Position numbers and translations under genes: made by a program. Under the pieces are notes generated by a model, which saw only the letters and a program-made list of their open reading frames with translations, was not told the DNA's origin and searched no databases. A DNA stretch of 64,000 nucleotides from a virus: positions 2,116 through 66,115 of the IMG/VR virus record IMGVR_UViG_3300027996_000026, one strand, 5' to 3'. Of the stretch, positions 40,301 through 54,215 are shown one piece after another (position 1 is the stretch's first letter; each line of letters begins with the position of its first letter).

Positions 40301-43300
40301 AGAGTACATCATACATATCATTTGATTGTTTGATATTAAATTTAGTTCAATTTGCTTCAGCTCATTCCTTCATATATTTATTAAACTCTCATCTTGGACC
40401 AACGAATGCATCATCCATTGTTCATGTCTTTGTAATTATTCATAGTCTTCTTAATTCAAATTCGAAGTCTCAAGTAAATAATCAAATTAGATCTTGAAGA
40501 AATCATCAAGAAACATTTATTCAATAGTTTAATTTATATCATCAGCTATCTTTATAATATTGATCCATTTGATTTAATCAATTCATCAATGGTGGTAGAA
40601 TGTCTTCAGCTATTTTTTTTCAATACTTATTTATTATCTCAGATTCATTTGCTTCAAATTTCTTAACAGAAAATTTTCATAAATCTTCTAAATATCATTC
40701 TGCATTAAATACATGCCCTTTATCTGTCTCTGCTGTATGTTTTTTAATTCTTGCTAGTATTTCATCATAAGCTCTTACTTCAGTTCATTTAAGAGATCCT
40801 AATGCTTTTATTTCTTTTTTTAATCATTGTTCTATAGTGATCATTAATTCTTTGACTGCCATAGTAGCACTTCAATTTAAATCTCTTGCTGTTAATACCT
40901 TTCACATTATTTCTGGTCTCCATGAACTAAGTACTGATTCAAATTTTAATTTAATTCAATCTCTTAATAATGAATCTACACTTGATGCTGATTTAAAATC
41001 ATCCATTAATTTAATAAAATCTCTTTCTCATATCTTATGAGTAAGATTTAGATTAGAAATATAATCATCTGGAACATAAGATGATTGTAAGTCAGTTCAA
41101 AATTCTTCTAGTATTGTAGCATCAGCTATTTCTTTATCACTATTCTTTGTTAATCAGTTTATATATTCATCTAGTTTAACTATCTCTTGCTCTAGATCAT
41201 TTATCTTATCTGAAGTATTTTGTATATCTGATATAAATCAATCAGCTCAATCAGCTATACTATCTATAGATTCTCTTATCTCTCAGTAATCTGTAACTCA
41301 AGCATCTTCTATATCATCTATAGATTCTGTCATATTAGATAATTCTTTATTTTTTAATTTATATTCATCATACATTTCTAATGCATCTGAACTTAATTCT
41401 CAAATATCATTTTCTAATTTATTTTTTGTAGATCTTAATTGATCTATCTTTTTATTGATAGGAATATTTTTACTTAAAATAACTATTGGTTCTAGTCATC
41501 TATTATATTTATAAATAGAATGTGCTGAACTTAATAATCTTTTCTCATCAGAAAAATTTAATAAATCTAATTTATCTCAATCAGTTAATAAATTAAAAAT
41601 ATTTGAATTTCATTTAGATAAAGAATATAACGCTACTAAATCTCTATAAGATTTTTCTACTGCTAATTCTCATTTAGAATTTATAATATCTTTTCAATCT
41701 ACTTTAAATTCAGAAATAATTTTATGATGATTTATTCTTCATGTAACTTCGTTTGTATGTTTTAAATATAATTCATCTAGTTGTAATACTATATTTGTTA
41801 CATCTCTATCTTTTAAATTTAATTTAGCTTGATCTTCTAACTCTATTAATCTTTGAAAATCAGATTGTATAATATCTCTAGTATCTTGAGTTATAAAATT
41901 TGTTTTCTTTTCTATAACTGTATCAACTAATTTATTTAATATAATTCATCTTTGAGTTTTTGGATCAAACTCATTTTTCATTTTCTCTAATATAAATTCT
42001 GGTTCAGTTGCATTACTTAATTTATTTATTATCTGTGCATATTTATTTCAGAAGTCTGTAAACATTGATCTTCTATATCATAATATACCTGCAAGTATTC
42101 ATTTCTCTCACATAGGTGAGTTCTTTTTAATAGCTAGTCATCTTACCTTCGCAAGATTTAAACTCTTGTCTCACGCCTTATGTGATGCTCACATAGGTGA
42201 TAGAATATTATTAAATAAATATTTAATAGTTTCTGGATTTTTTAATCATAATGATTTCATCATATCTTTAATCCATACTTCCTTTGGAAATGGATTACCT
42301 GTTTTATCTTTAGCATAGTCCATAATTAATTGAACTATAGATCAAGTTTCAGATCAATATGTATTTGATTTTTTAAATACATCTCAGTATCCAGGATTAA
42401 GATTTCATTCTAATCTTTTAATATTATCAAAAATTTCTTGAACTGTTTCATATTTATCTTTCTCAAATATTTTTCATTTCTTTATTATAATCTCTTTTCA
42501 TTTAACTTTAATCTTTAGTATATTACTAGCGTGTGGATGATCTGTAATTATTGCTTGTTGATATTGTAATAATATATTAGCTCATCTTATAACTGACATT
42601 CATGTAGATATACTTAATTTAGCTTCAAGATTCTTAAACCTATTCTCAGATAAACTAAATGTTTTATCTGAACGATCTGCTTTAGTTTGAGTTATTATTG
42701 CAATAGTATTATTATAATCTGATTTAACTGTTCAATATAAATCTCAAGCCATATCTAATCACATTGCTGTTCTTGCTATTAACTCAGACTTATCTGATAT
42801 AATAGGAAACATAACAAAGTGATCACCATCATTATCTCATTGTATCTTCATGTATGTAGTCTCTGGATGAAGTATAACATCATCTGATTTAACTTCCTTA
42901 CCTAATCATACATCCTCTGCTAAAATAACCTTATACACTCAAAGGTTCTCTTTGTTTGGTATAGGGTTTCTTAATCAAGTAATATATATTTCTTTATTTT
43001 CTAACTGATCTTTTAAAAATATTAATTTATTATTTTTTTCTGTTAATATTTTTTCATTTGTAATACCTTCTGATATTTCTTTTTGTAGACTGTCTATGTT
43101 TGTTTTTAGATCTCTTACTGCATTCTTATATAAATGAGATTCCTTAGATACTATGATTTCATTTCTCTCTAGTCTAGTTTTTCATTTAGACCATCTAGAT
43201 ATAGTTTTCGTGTTCATCGCTGCCTTAGATCTCTTTGGTAGGTCTATTAATGAATATAGTATTGTATGTGATGCTCACTTCTCAGTACTTCATGATATTA

Positions 43301-46300
43301 ATTCTTTATATCAATCTAAGAAACTTTTAAGTCTAGCATTAATCATTGAATCAGTTGTTCATCAAACATTATGAAGTTTTTGTAAATTATTTAAAAATAA
43401 ATTCATATCTCAGAATGATGCAAGTTCTTGATCATATCATCCTAATCATCATAATGTTTCTTCGAATAATTTTTCTACCTCTTTAACCATTACTCACTTA
43501 TATGCTGTCAATACATCATAGTCCATTAAATTCACTATCTGTTCTGATAGTGTTTGATCTTCTTTAATTGTTTGTGCATCAGATGCTGCGTCTTTAAATC
43601 ATCATGTATTAGTTCATTCTATTTCTCATACAACTTTAAATGTTCTTCAGTTTACTCTAACTGTTTCTACTTTTGATTTACTTAGTCATCATTTTAATTT
43701 TAAACTACTTTCACCAATTAATACTACATTGTCTTGAGTTTTATAAGACATTGCATTCTTATCATAGACTTGTATATCAGCTCTATTAAATAATGTCTTA
43801 GCTAAAAATCTATTATTATCTTTTGCATATCAAGTATAATGAAATTTCTTAGCTCTATCACTTTCAGTAAACATTCACTTATCTATTAGATCATGCATCT
43901 TAGCTAATGCATCAGACATATATGATGTACCATCAAATAAATCTGTAGCATATACTGTATCAACATATGATTCTAATTCTTCTAAAGTTTTTCATTCAAA
44001 TCTTTCTTTAGTTAATGTAGGATCTAAATTGATTAACATATCTACATATGTATCTGTATCTATAAATAATTCAGTTTGTTTATCTAAATCTCTTTTTGGA
44101 TTAATCCTATCTAGTTCTTCAGATATATTAGCAAGAATTGTTCTTCAAGTTACAAGATTATTCTTTGTTCATGTAGTATGTATCTCTTCTCATAGTACTA
44201 ATGTTTTAGTATCTATCTCTACATCTCAAAATTCTTTCTTAGTAGATGCTAATGCTGATTCTCTTTTAACTATATCTGATATAGATACAAATCATTCTTC
44301 AGTTTTAAATCATCATGATTCAATATATTTTTCTGTAAATTCTACTTCAGCTTCTTTAAATGTTTTACCTTCAGCTTTATATACTTGTAGAGAAGTTTCC
44401 TTGTCACCGTAAGTTCACATTATATATTCTCATTCTTGTAATCATAATTGTTCTCTAATACTATCTTTGTTTTTAGATTCAATTAATCAATTAGCTATAT
44501 CTGTTACTACTTTTAATGTTTCTATTCAAGTATTATAATCGTCTCTAGACTTCTTTGATTTTAATAATTTAGTTTTTAATATATTATTAATTGTAATATT
44601 TTCTCATACACTTAAATATTTTAGATCATCTACTTTATTAATAGATATAGATCTAAATCATTCTAATCAATTTTCTTTTAATTCTGTTTCAAATAAACTA
44701 TTCTGTTTTATTTGTCATTCCTTTCTAGTAAGTTTGTATATTGGATATCAATTTTTATATCTAACTAATTCTCTAGCTATTGTTATTCAATCAGTACTAG
44801 CATTATGTAGAGTTTTAAATTTAACATATAAATCAGAATACATTTTATCATTAGCAAGTAGCTGTCTACTCTCTGCTACTGATTTAACTTTACCTGTAGC
44901 TCAATCAACTAATTCATATCTTAATCATAATACTCATGATTTAGTTTCAACTCATTTTATATATTCATCTAAGAATGATTTGAATGCTCTGAAATTTTTT
45001 CAAGCTTCAATTGATATATTTGATTTAACTCCTGGTGTTAAATTCTTTCATTTAATATCTATATCAAATTTAAATGAATCTATCTTAGCCTTAAAATCAT
45101 TACTAGAAAAATATAATTCTTGTAATGTTTTTGGATCAGTTCATTCCTTTACTGTAAAATCTTTTTTTATTGCTGCGAATAATTGTTCTCAAACTACTTC
45201 TTCGCTATTACCAGCTCAAGAGAATGCTGTATTGAATGCTTTAAAGATAGGGTTTTCTTTTTTAGATATATCCAGATCTCTTTTATTATCTACTAGATGT
45301 CTAATATTTTTTAATAATTGTTCTTTAGATATAAATCTAATAGCGTCTTTAGAAAATATTCATACCTTTGCTACTATTGGTTCTGGTATTCATGCATTAT
45401 ATTTAACTTCTATTTTTGTTTTACCTGCTACCTTACTTAATAGATCTTCTATTGCTCAATCAACTGTAGATAAATATTCTATAGATTCTTCTTTAGCTAT
45501 AGCTCTATATAATTCCTCTAATGTTAAATTCTGTTTATTATAAACTATCTTTAATGCTGTTGGCATTTTATGTGCATTCTTTATTACATTCACTTCTTGT
45601 TGTAATAATGAATCAGCTTTACTTAATTCTGTTTGTAATTTTTTTATTTCTGATTTATTTTTCTGTATATTCTTTTTTAATTTGTCCATAGTTTCTATAG
45701 TCAAATCAACTCATACTTTTTCTACATCAGATAAAGGATCTTGTGTTACTTGCGTTTTCCCAGACTTTAAAGATATTTCCATAGTTTCTATCTCTTTAGT
45801 TCTTTTGCTTATCGCATTAACTAATTTCTCTGTATCTTTAAGCGTTCTTATTCCAGTCTTCTTTGATTGAGGTAAACTATTTATAATTCAATCAAATTTA
45901 ATTAATTTAGCTTTGTATAAAGAATCGTATGTTCTTTTAAATATAAGCTTAGAATAATTTTCTATAAATTCTTTTTTCGAATAATTAAAAGTTTCATTAG
46001 CTATTTTTAATTTTCTTTCTAAATAATCTTTTTGATTTTTATTAAAATTTATTTCTTCAGCTAAGAATAATTTAGAATCTAATTCTTGTAATTGATTTTC
46101 AATTCTAGTAATAGCTTCAGTTCTTTGTTTTATTATTTCTTCATATTTAAGTTCTGCTTCTTTTTTATAATGATTTAAATCAAACTGATTAATCATTTCT
46201 TCTGATCATCTAGTAATAGTTTTTTCTCATGATAAAGAATCTATAAGAGTATTAAAATTGTCTATAGTCTTTATTATTTTATTTGAATCTATATCTTTAG

Positions 46301-49300
46301 CATTATTTAATCTATTTAAATCTAAATCTACTTTTTTAAATAATTCAAAATTCTTTACAACTCTCGTTGCAAATACTTCAAATATATATTTAGCTAATGG
46401 ATCTTGATCAGCTTCCTTAGTAAACTTAGTCATGATAAATTTCTCTATGTCTAATCATTTTTTATTTATCTCATCTCATTCAATTATTTTATTTTCTTTT
46501 AATAATTGTTTTATAAAAAGTTTCTTAGCATCATATGTGATTGTTTCAAACTTTCAAATATTATTAAGTGGTCTAGCTAGATCTATTCAGTCCTGGATAG
46601 TTACTTGTGAAAATATATCTTTTATTATTTTAGAACTCTTTGCATGATATTCTTTGAATGTACCAGATACATCAAATCATAAATCAGTCATTTCCTTTCA
46701 AACTCAAATATAGAATAAATTCTTTACTTCTCATTTATTTGGTCATTTAGTGACTAACATTTCACCATATGTTATTACTATCTTTGCTTGAGTATTTGCC
46801 ATATCATCAGCATATTGTTGTCTACCAAATCTTTTTCATTTAACTAATTTATTATCTTTACTTGTTCAAGCATCTACATATCAAATGTCTTTTCCGAAAA
46901 TTCATTCATGATATATTTTTTTACCTTCTGGAGTTGTCTCTGTATAATTTCATAATATCTTCTTAAGTTTATCTATTTCTTCATAAGTATATTGATTACT
47001 ACCAGATGAATATGGATGTGTTTCGCTACCTTCATTTAAACCTTTATTAAATAGTTTTAATAATTCTGGACTCTCACTACTTAATTTATTAAATAGATTT
47101 CATTTCTTTGCTGATACACTATATGTTCAAGCCTTATCTAATCATAAAGTTACTTTATTTTTATCTGTTACTTCTAATATTCAAGTATCATTTAATTTTT
47201 GTAAATCAACTCATCATTCAAATTCTAATAATTTATTTAAATTATCTACTGGTATTTGAATAACTTCATTTGTTATTGGATTCATTAATGTTAATACTGC
47301 AGAAATTTTATCAGCTAAGTTTGCTGTAGAATTTCTTAAAGTATATAGATCTGAAAATAATTTTATCATATCTAATTGTACTCAATCTAAATCTCATGAT
47401 GCTTTTTTTGCTTTTATAACATTAATAGCTCATGTAAATTTAGCTACCTCTGCAGCTTTAGTAGTAGGATTTAATTTAATTATAGCTTCTTGAAATGTTT
47501 TATTTCATTGTACTGCTGATATAATATCAGACATTTGTTTATCTAGAATTGCATTTCAAATTTTAGCATCAGTTAGATCTTCTGACTTAGATAATTTAAT
47601 TCATCTATCTACCTCATTTTCAAATCAAGATTTTAATGTAGTTAAATTATCTACCTTTAATATACCACCTCATGTAGTAATCATTTTATTTGCTTTATTT
47701 AAATCTCATGATTTAAGTTTCTCATATGCATCACTAAAATTCTTATATAATTTTTCTAATGCTGCTTTATCTTTTGCTTTTGATACATCAAATAATTCAC
47801 TTAATCTTTGATCAGTAATACTATATACAAAGTCTCTTTGAGTAGCCATTAATTTATATGCTTCTGATTGTGTAAGTTTAGGATTTTGTTCCATATAAAA
47901 CTTAACTGCATCTTTAGCTGAGACTTCTCATAACATATATGATAAAGAGTTTTGTACTAGTGAGTTTCAACTTATAGCTGAATCTATAGCTGAAGTTCAT
48001 ATAGATGGTGTAGATGATCATAATGTCTTATATGCGAATGGTTCTATAAACATATCAGAGAAAAAATCAGTCATAGCGTTTGCATCTGTGTCTGTTATTC
48101 TCATCTGTTTATTTATATTTGGATTAATTGTTCATCATTCTAATCAACCTCTTAATCAATATAATCAAACTCTAGATGTAGTTAATCATGTATCTACTGA
48201 ATAATTAAATAATTTATTTATTGAATTTAAGTTTTGTCAAGATCTTGCTTTCCTTAAATTAGTAGATATGTTTTTTAATGTTGTTGTTACTCATCATATT
48301 GCCTTTGCTGGAACATTAATCTTGTTTCATACATTAGCTATATTTAATACTTCAGTTATATCATCAGTATTATAAACTATATGTTTAAATAGTTTTATAG
48401 GTAATGCATCTGCTGCTGTAGTTAATTCATATTCATCATAGAATATTTTATCTGTATCATTTTGTTTTATAGTTGCACTAGCTATTGCAGATACTGCAGA
48501 ACCGAAAGGTAAATCTAATGATTGCATTCATAATTGTAATACATTTCATATTGCTAATATTGTTCATACAGCTCATCATTGATCTGCTCTTCTTTTTAAT
48601 TCTTCAGTATTATAGTACATAGCCATGACCGTATCTGTACCATCTCTTATTACTAATGCCTTTCTATTTTCTTCAGATAGATCTGATATAGCATCACGAT
48701 ATGCCTGGCTTATTATTTTATCTTTAGTGTAATCTAACTTATTATCTATTGTACTTATATCATCTAATTTAGTTATTTCAGTTTCGTATTTTTTTAATAC
48801 ATCTCTAAATAATGTTTCTCTTGCTTCCATCTGTGGTAATAACATACCTTTTATCTTTGCTCTTTTTTCTGGATCTTTTACTGCTGCTAAATTCTCATAG
48901 TAGTTTGTTTGATCTCTAGTTATCTTTTCTTTTATAGTTGATATCATATCACTAAAAACACTATCAGAAGCTAGCTTAGAGTTCCATTGTACTCATTGCA
49001 TTATCTCTTCCATCTTAGTGTCTACTATTTCTGTTCATATATATTGCTGAGTTCTTACTGCAGCATTATCTGATATATTATAATTGAATGTATCTAGAGG
49101 ACTTTTTCATTCTCTTGGTTGTACATATTCATCAGCTATTATTTTCTTTTGAACATTTCTATATTCTACTATAGATTTATTTAATGATTCAATGTCTTCA
49201 TTATAATCTTCATCAAGCTTTGCTTGCTCGTCTTGCAATAATTCTTGCTTCCTATTATAAATATAATTCTGATCATTTAATAATTTTTTATCTTTGATTT

Positions 49301-49934
49301 CTTGTTTTACAATTTTATCTAGTCTACTATTTAATTCTAGATTATATTTATCACTAAATACATTTACTTGTTTTTGTATATGATCTGGTAAAGGTGCTTT
49401 ATCTATTTCATTAAACTTCATTTGTACTTCTGACCTATCTCATTTTTTAAATTCAATATCATCAGTATCAAATAATCAAAATGGTTTAAATCATAATATA
49501 TCTAATTCATCTAATCATGTAGATGCTATAAAGTTTGCCTTACCTAGATTGTCTTGAAATCATTTAATAACATTACTATGTTTATTCTCATCATTATCTA
49601 ATGTAGCTCATACCTTTGGATCAAAGAAATCTCATATAGCTCAGAAATATCATCATGTATTCTCATTAGCTCTTGTAGCTACTTCTTTTTTATCGTCATC
49701 ATTTCATGTGAATAATGTTCATATATCTTTTGCTGTATCTACTACAGCACTAAATGGTGATATTTCATAATTCTTCTTTAATGATTGTCAAAATGATTTG
49801 ACTTGTCATATAAAAAATCAATCTTTTTCTTTTGGTATTTCTTTTACATTAGTATTTCATACTAGATTTTCTGTTCCATTAGGAATAGTAGGTTTAGTTC
49901 ATGGAACTAACTTTGTTGTGTCTTCTATTGACAT
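37359..49934 (-). CDS. Giant protein (~4,191 aa) with a single-chain two-barrel RNA polymerase core (candidate virion RNAP)
   Basis: Start, stop and seven minus-strand track fragments share one frame; ~30 sampled lines have no TAA/TAG. Motifs in order: FDGTSYMSDALAK, FLAKTLF, IGESSLK, GLRNP, VILHP, QGDNDGDH. Confidence 0.85.
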
Positions 49935-49952
49935 AGTAGGTTATGTTAAAAA

Positions 49953-50366
49953 TTATTTAAATCTTTGGTGCGTGTGAGTTAAAAGCTCTTTCATACTTTC
50001 TATAATAGTATAATTGATGCATTCTATTTCCAGGTACTCAATGATTTTTGGATCAGCTTCATATATAAGAACTTCTATTTTTTCTTCGAATAAATACTTC
50101 TTAGTTTTTTCTAAAAGTTTTGTATGTAGCTTCTTATAGTATAAAGAATCCCCTTCAGTTTTCAACTTTAGTAAAAACGAAAAAATAGTATTGATAAATA
50201 GTCAATTACCATAATACAATTGTTGTACTAAGGTTTGATATTTATCTAATACTATTATTCAATGTTCAAACATGTTATCTATGTTAATCCTATATAGGTC
50301 TATAAAATCATTATCTAATCTGAATTGATAATCTATTTCGATTCTTGTTTCTATAAGTATTTTCAT
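49953..50366 (-). CDS. Hypothetical protein
   Basis: Track ORF extended upstream through TGA to an ATG at 50366. Confidence 0.55.
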
Positions 50367-50376
50367 ATTTAATTGT

Positions 50377-51183
50377 TTATATATTATTTCATTCTTTCTC
50401 TAATAACTCTGTTAAGTATATAAATGCTTTATTTAATACTGGATATATTTTATAATCCTGTCTAAATAATGCTGCTGTTAGTAAATATATGTATATAAAT
50501 CTTCTTTTATTTCATTGTATTTTTCAAATATTATTATAAATCATTAAGCATCATTCTGTTAATGCATCTTTTTCTAATTGATTATCTATAATATTTTTAA
50601 TATCATTATCTTTAATAGTCATTGCATCAGCTCTTGATGCTATTGATATATCAGTTTTATCTAATCATGTGAATAAAAAGCTCATACTCTTCCAGTCTAT
50701 ATCTGATAATCATGTTAGATCATTATTCTTTTTCTTTTCTGTAATCACTTCTTTCTCATCGGCTGTTAATGCCTGGTCAAAGAAATCATCATATTCTCTT
50801 ATCTCTCATTCTTTTACTGGTCCTTCTATTATATCTTTTAATATTTGATAGTTTGCTTTATCTGGTACATCCATATTCAAATCGTTTATTAGATTCTCTA
50901 GGATCTGTACAAATATTCATACAACTATATGTTTCTTTCAATAAAATGATATTGCCGTAGCAAAAGCTTGATTAAATTTTCTTTCATTAAATGGAATCTT
51001 TTTAGTCATATTAGAATATGATCCTTGATAATCCATACCATTAATAAATTTCATTAGTCTAATAACAACCTCTATTTTAGAATCTCTATCTGAGATATCC
51101 ATTCTTTGTATATTATATATAGATGGTAAGTTCCTATATTGTTCTATATCCTTAACTATTAATCTTAGTTTTGCATGTAACAT
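50377..51183 (-). CDS. Hypothetical protein (268 aa)
   Basis: Track ORF 50938..51183 continues through TGA to TAA. Confidence 0.6.
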
Positions 51184-51328
51184 ATATGTATTTTATTAAA
51201 TAATAATACATCTAATATATATCAAAAATAATATAATGCAACTTAAATTTGCTTTATTAGACTTCTTATGTAGTATTTATGCACTTCTAATATAATTATT
51301 TTATAATATAACATAAGTTACAAATAAC

Positions 51329-51604
51329 ATGAAAAATAAAGAATTGATAAAGTCAATTGCACATGATACATCTTTTTCTGAATCTACTATTAATATAGTA
51401 ATAAGAAGCTTAACTTCTAATATAACTAAGACTATAGCTTGATGAGATAAGGTTAGGTTAATTGATTTTTGAACATTTGATAGTGTACGTATTAAGTCAA
51501 GAAATTGAGTTAATCCATCTACTTGAGAAAAGATCGTAATACCAGAATTGAACAGAGTTAAGTTTAAACCATCTACTATTATTAAAAAATTATTAAATAA
51601 ATAA
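51329..51604 (+). CDS. hup: HU family DNA-binding protein
   Basis: MKNKELIKSIA..VRLIDFGTF..RNGVNPSTGEKIVIP..VKFKPS, with the conserved glycines encoded by TGA. Confidence 0.92.
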
Positions 51605-51605
51605 T

Positions 51606-51926
51606 ATGGCAATAAAAAATGTAAGAACTGTAGCATATAAAACTCTTTCTGATAGATTAGCAAAACAACATTGATTAACTAAAGCATTAGCTAGAACATT
51701 ACTTGATTCATTTTTTCATGAAGTTGAATATGAATTACTGCAATGAAAAAATGTTGCTATTAAAAATATGTTTTCTTTGAAAACAAGAAAGATTAAATGA
51801 AAGGTTATGTTTAATACTAAGTTTAAAAAACATTTACCTATAGATGCTCATCGCTGATTTAGGTGTGTATTCTCTCCCAGTATAATGGAAAGAATGAAAG
51901 TATATGATAGACAAAAAAAAGACTAG
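51606..51926 (+). CDS. Divergent HU/IHF-like protein
   Basis: LAKQHGLTKALARTLLDSFFHEVEYELLQGKNVAIKNMFSL..RCVFSP. Confidence 0.7.
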
Positions 51927-51946
51927 ATTAATTTCTAGTCTTTTTT
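51913..51946. terminator. Bidirectional terminator between convergent genes
   Basis: aaaaaagactaga-ttaatt-tctagtctttttt. Confidence 0.75.
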
Positions 51947-52490
51947 ATATTTTTAATAATCTTTCTAAAACATCATCTGATGTATGTCAATCCCATTCTA
52001 TAGTAGCTTGTGTTTCTGTTTTAGCAAACCAACATTTATCCCAATATTCTTTATCTAAATGATAACTAATTTGCTCTCATGTATCTTCATTAATCATCAT
52101 AAGTAAAAACATCTTCCAGTCTTTCCAAACATTTAATCAATCTTGATGGACTCTACTTCTGATTATAGTATATCAATCAAATCAATATTCTTCTCTATCT
52201 CATTCTTGAGACATTCTACATAAAGCCACAAATAAATGCGACCTATGTTTATATAATTCTCAGAACGTATGATATCAATCTGAGATATCATTCATTTCTA
52301 TTCTTCACTTTTTAGCATTTTCTAATAAATCTTTATTTAATTGTTCTGTTATTGAATCACTTTGTTTTTCTTCTAATTGTTTTTCTGGCTTTATCTTCAT
52401 TGCATTATCAAAACAATTTTGACATAATTGTCAATCATAAACTTCAATAACTGTTTCTTTTGATTTACACCATACGCATTTATCTTTCAT
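51945..52490 (-). CDS. WDGH-motif phage protein with N-terminal Zn finger
   Basis: CVWC..CQNC; ISDGYHTFGELYKHR..QISYHL..WDGHTSDDVLERL. Confidence 0.75.
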
Positions 52491-52491
52491 A

Positions 52492-52881
52492 TTATATATT
52501 ATTAATATTAAAATCTTCTCTTCTATAAGTATTAAGTCATATATCTCATTTATCATTTCTAGATATTATTTGTACATAATCATATTTTCAATTAGAAAAT
52601 ATTTTACTATTACCTGGTTTCTTAAATGATAAATCAAAATTAAATAATAATGGTAATACTGTTTTATTAATATCATCAGTCATAAAGACAGGCATTCATA
52701 ATAATGTTGTTTTTCATTTATATGCTCCTTCTTTATTTATTTCTGATGTTACTGAATTAACTCAAATTTTTTCTTTAAACTCTTCAAAACAATTTGAATG
52801 AATAACTACTGCTCAAGAAGTAGCATATTTTTCTTGTATATCTTTAACCTTATCAAAAAACTCTTGTGTATATTTATCCAT
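52492..52881 (-). CDS. Hypothetical protein
   Basis: Open ORF of 129 aa. Confidence 0.45.
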
Positions 52882-52897
52882 ATTATATTTTTAATAA

Positions 52898-53884
52898 TTA
52901 ATTCTGTGTACTATTCTTTATGATCTCTCATAACTCTATACTTAATTCATCAAAAAAATTTTTATTTTTTCCGATATATTCATAAAGCTCCTCTTTATTC
53001 TTAGCAACTTGCTCTCATTTAATTTGATATCTACCTGTGATCATTCAATACTTAATACCATATTTAATGAAATCCTCAACCTTATCTATACCTACTCAAT
53101 ACATTATATTAAACTCAGCCCTCTTAAATGGTGCTGAAACTTTATTCTTTATAACATGGATGTTCGTAGGTGTACCAATATTCTCTGTCTTTGTATCTCA
53201 TTTTAATTGCCCCTTCTCTGTACTAGTTCTACCAACTCTAATTCTCTGACTCGCAGCAAATTTAGTTCATAATCATCCAGTCGTAACTTCATTACTCCCA
53301 AACATCGCTACAGTCTGCCTAATCTGATTTATCAAGATCAATGTACAATTATTCTTATTCAAGACTCATGTCCACATCCTTAACGCCTGATTCATCAGCT
53401 TCGCTTGAGTCATCACACTAGGATCGCCACTAGAGCCTTCTAACTCTTTTTTAGGTATCATCATAGCCACGCTGTCTAAAACAATCAATCTGACGCATCA
53501 TGATTCTGCTAACATCTTAACAATGTCTACTGCCTGCTCTCAATACTCTGGTTGCTGGAATACTAACTTCTCTAAATCTATACCTATATCCTCAGCATAT
53601 CCAGGATCAAATGCATGCTCCATATCTACAAATGCTGCTACATCTCATTTCTTCTGGACCTCATGTATCGCATGCAACGCTATAGTAGTTTTACCAGAAC
53701 TCTCCATACCAAATAACTCCACTATCCTTCCATCTGCATATCATCCCCCCAATGCTTCATCTATCGCAAAACATCACGAACTCGTAACAGGTATATCCCT
53801 CTTACTAGCATCTAAATAATTCGTAGTACCTGCACCAAACTTTGTATTAATCGCTGCTATCGCTGCTTCCAATGTCTTGCTCAT
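52898..53884 (-). CDS. recA: RecA recombinase (328 aa)
   Basis: [57 protein letters not shown]. Confidence 0.95.
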
Positions 53885-53923
53885 ATAATAATAATTATTA
53901 ATAAATATACTCTAACGACTCTA

Positions 53924-53951
53924 ATACTACGTTTAATTAAATTAAAGTCAA
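53924..53951 (-). promoter_or_regulatory. Sigma70-like promoter upstream of recA
   Basis: TTGACT-N16-TAGTAT on the minus strand. Confidence 0.35.
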
Positions 53952-54000
53952 AAGTTTATTTATTTTTACAGCATCTATAAATTCATATTTCTGCCCTAGA

Positions 54001-54215
54001 GAGTACCCCTTTGTATCAGCATCAACAAGCCAAAAAATTTTTTTCTGATATAAAAATCAAGACAATATCTAGATGATCTGGTTCAATTATATTTGTGCTT
54101 TATGCTTATTGTAACTACTTATTGCCTATAACAAGCCATAACCTTATTTCCACCATATCAGTAATCCAATTTTAAAGCCCCCATGAGTACCGTTCTTTTC
54201 AGCATCAATAAGCCA
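54001..54215. repeat. Imperfect direct repeat of ~31 nt, 2 copies
   Basis: gagtacc..tcagcatcaa(c/t)aagcca at 54001-54032 and 54185-54215. Confidence 0.8.

Noticed and set aside
45456-49421. Seven separate small minus-strand ORFs in the track
   Set aside because: All lie in one frame and are best explained as TGA-bounded pieces of the giant protein.
37359-49934. Tape-measure or T7/N4-type single-subunit RNAP identity for the giant ORF
   Set aside because: No tail tube or sheath genes were found. The motifs match the DxDGD two-barrel class rather than Pol A-type motifs.
51301-51663. 120-aa minus-strand track ORF
   Set aside because: Antisense to the clearly recognisable HU gene.
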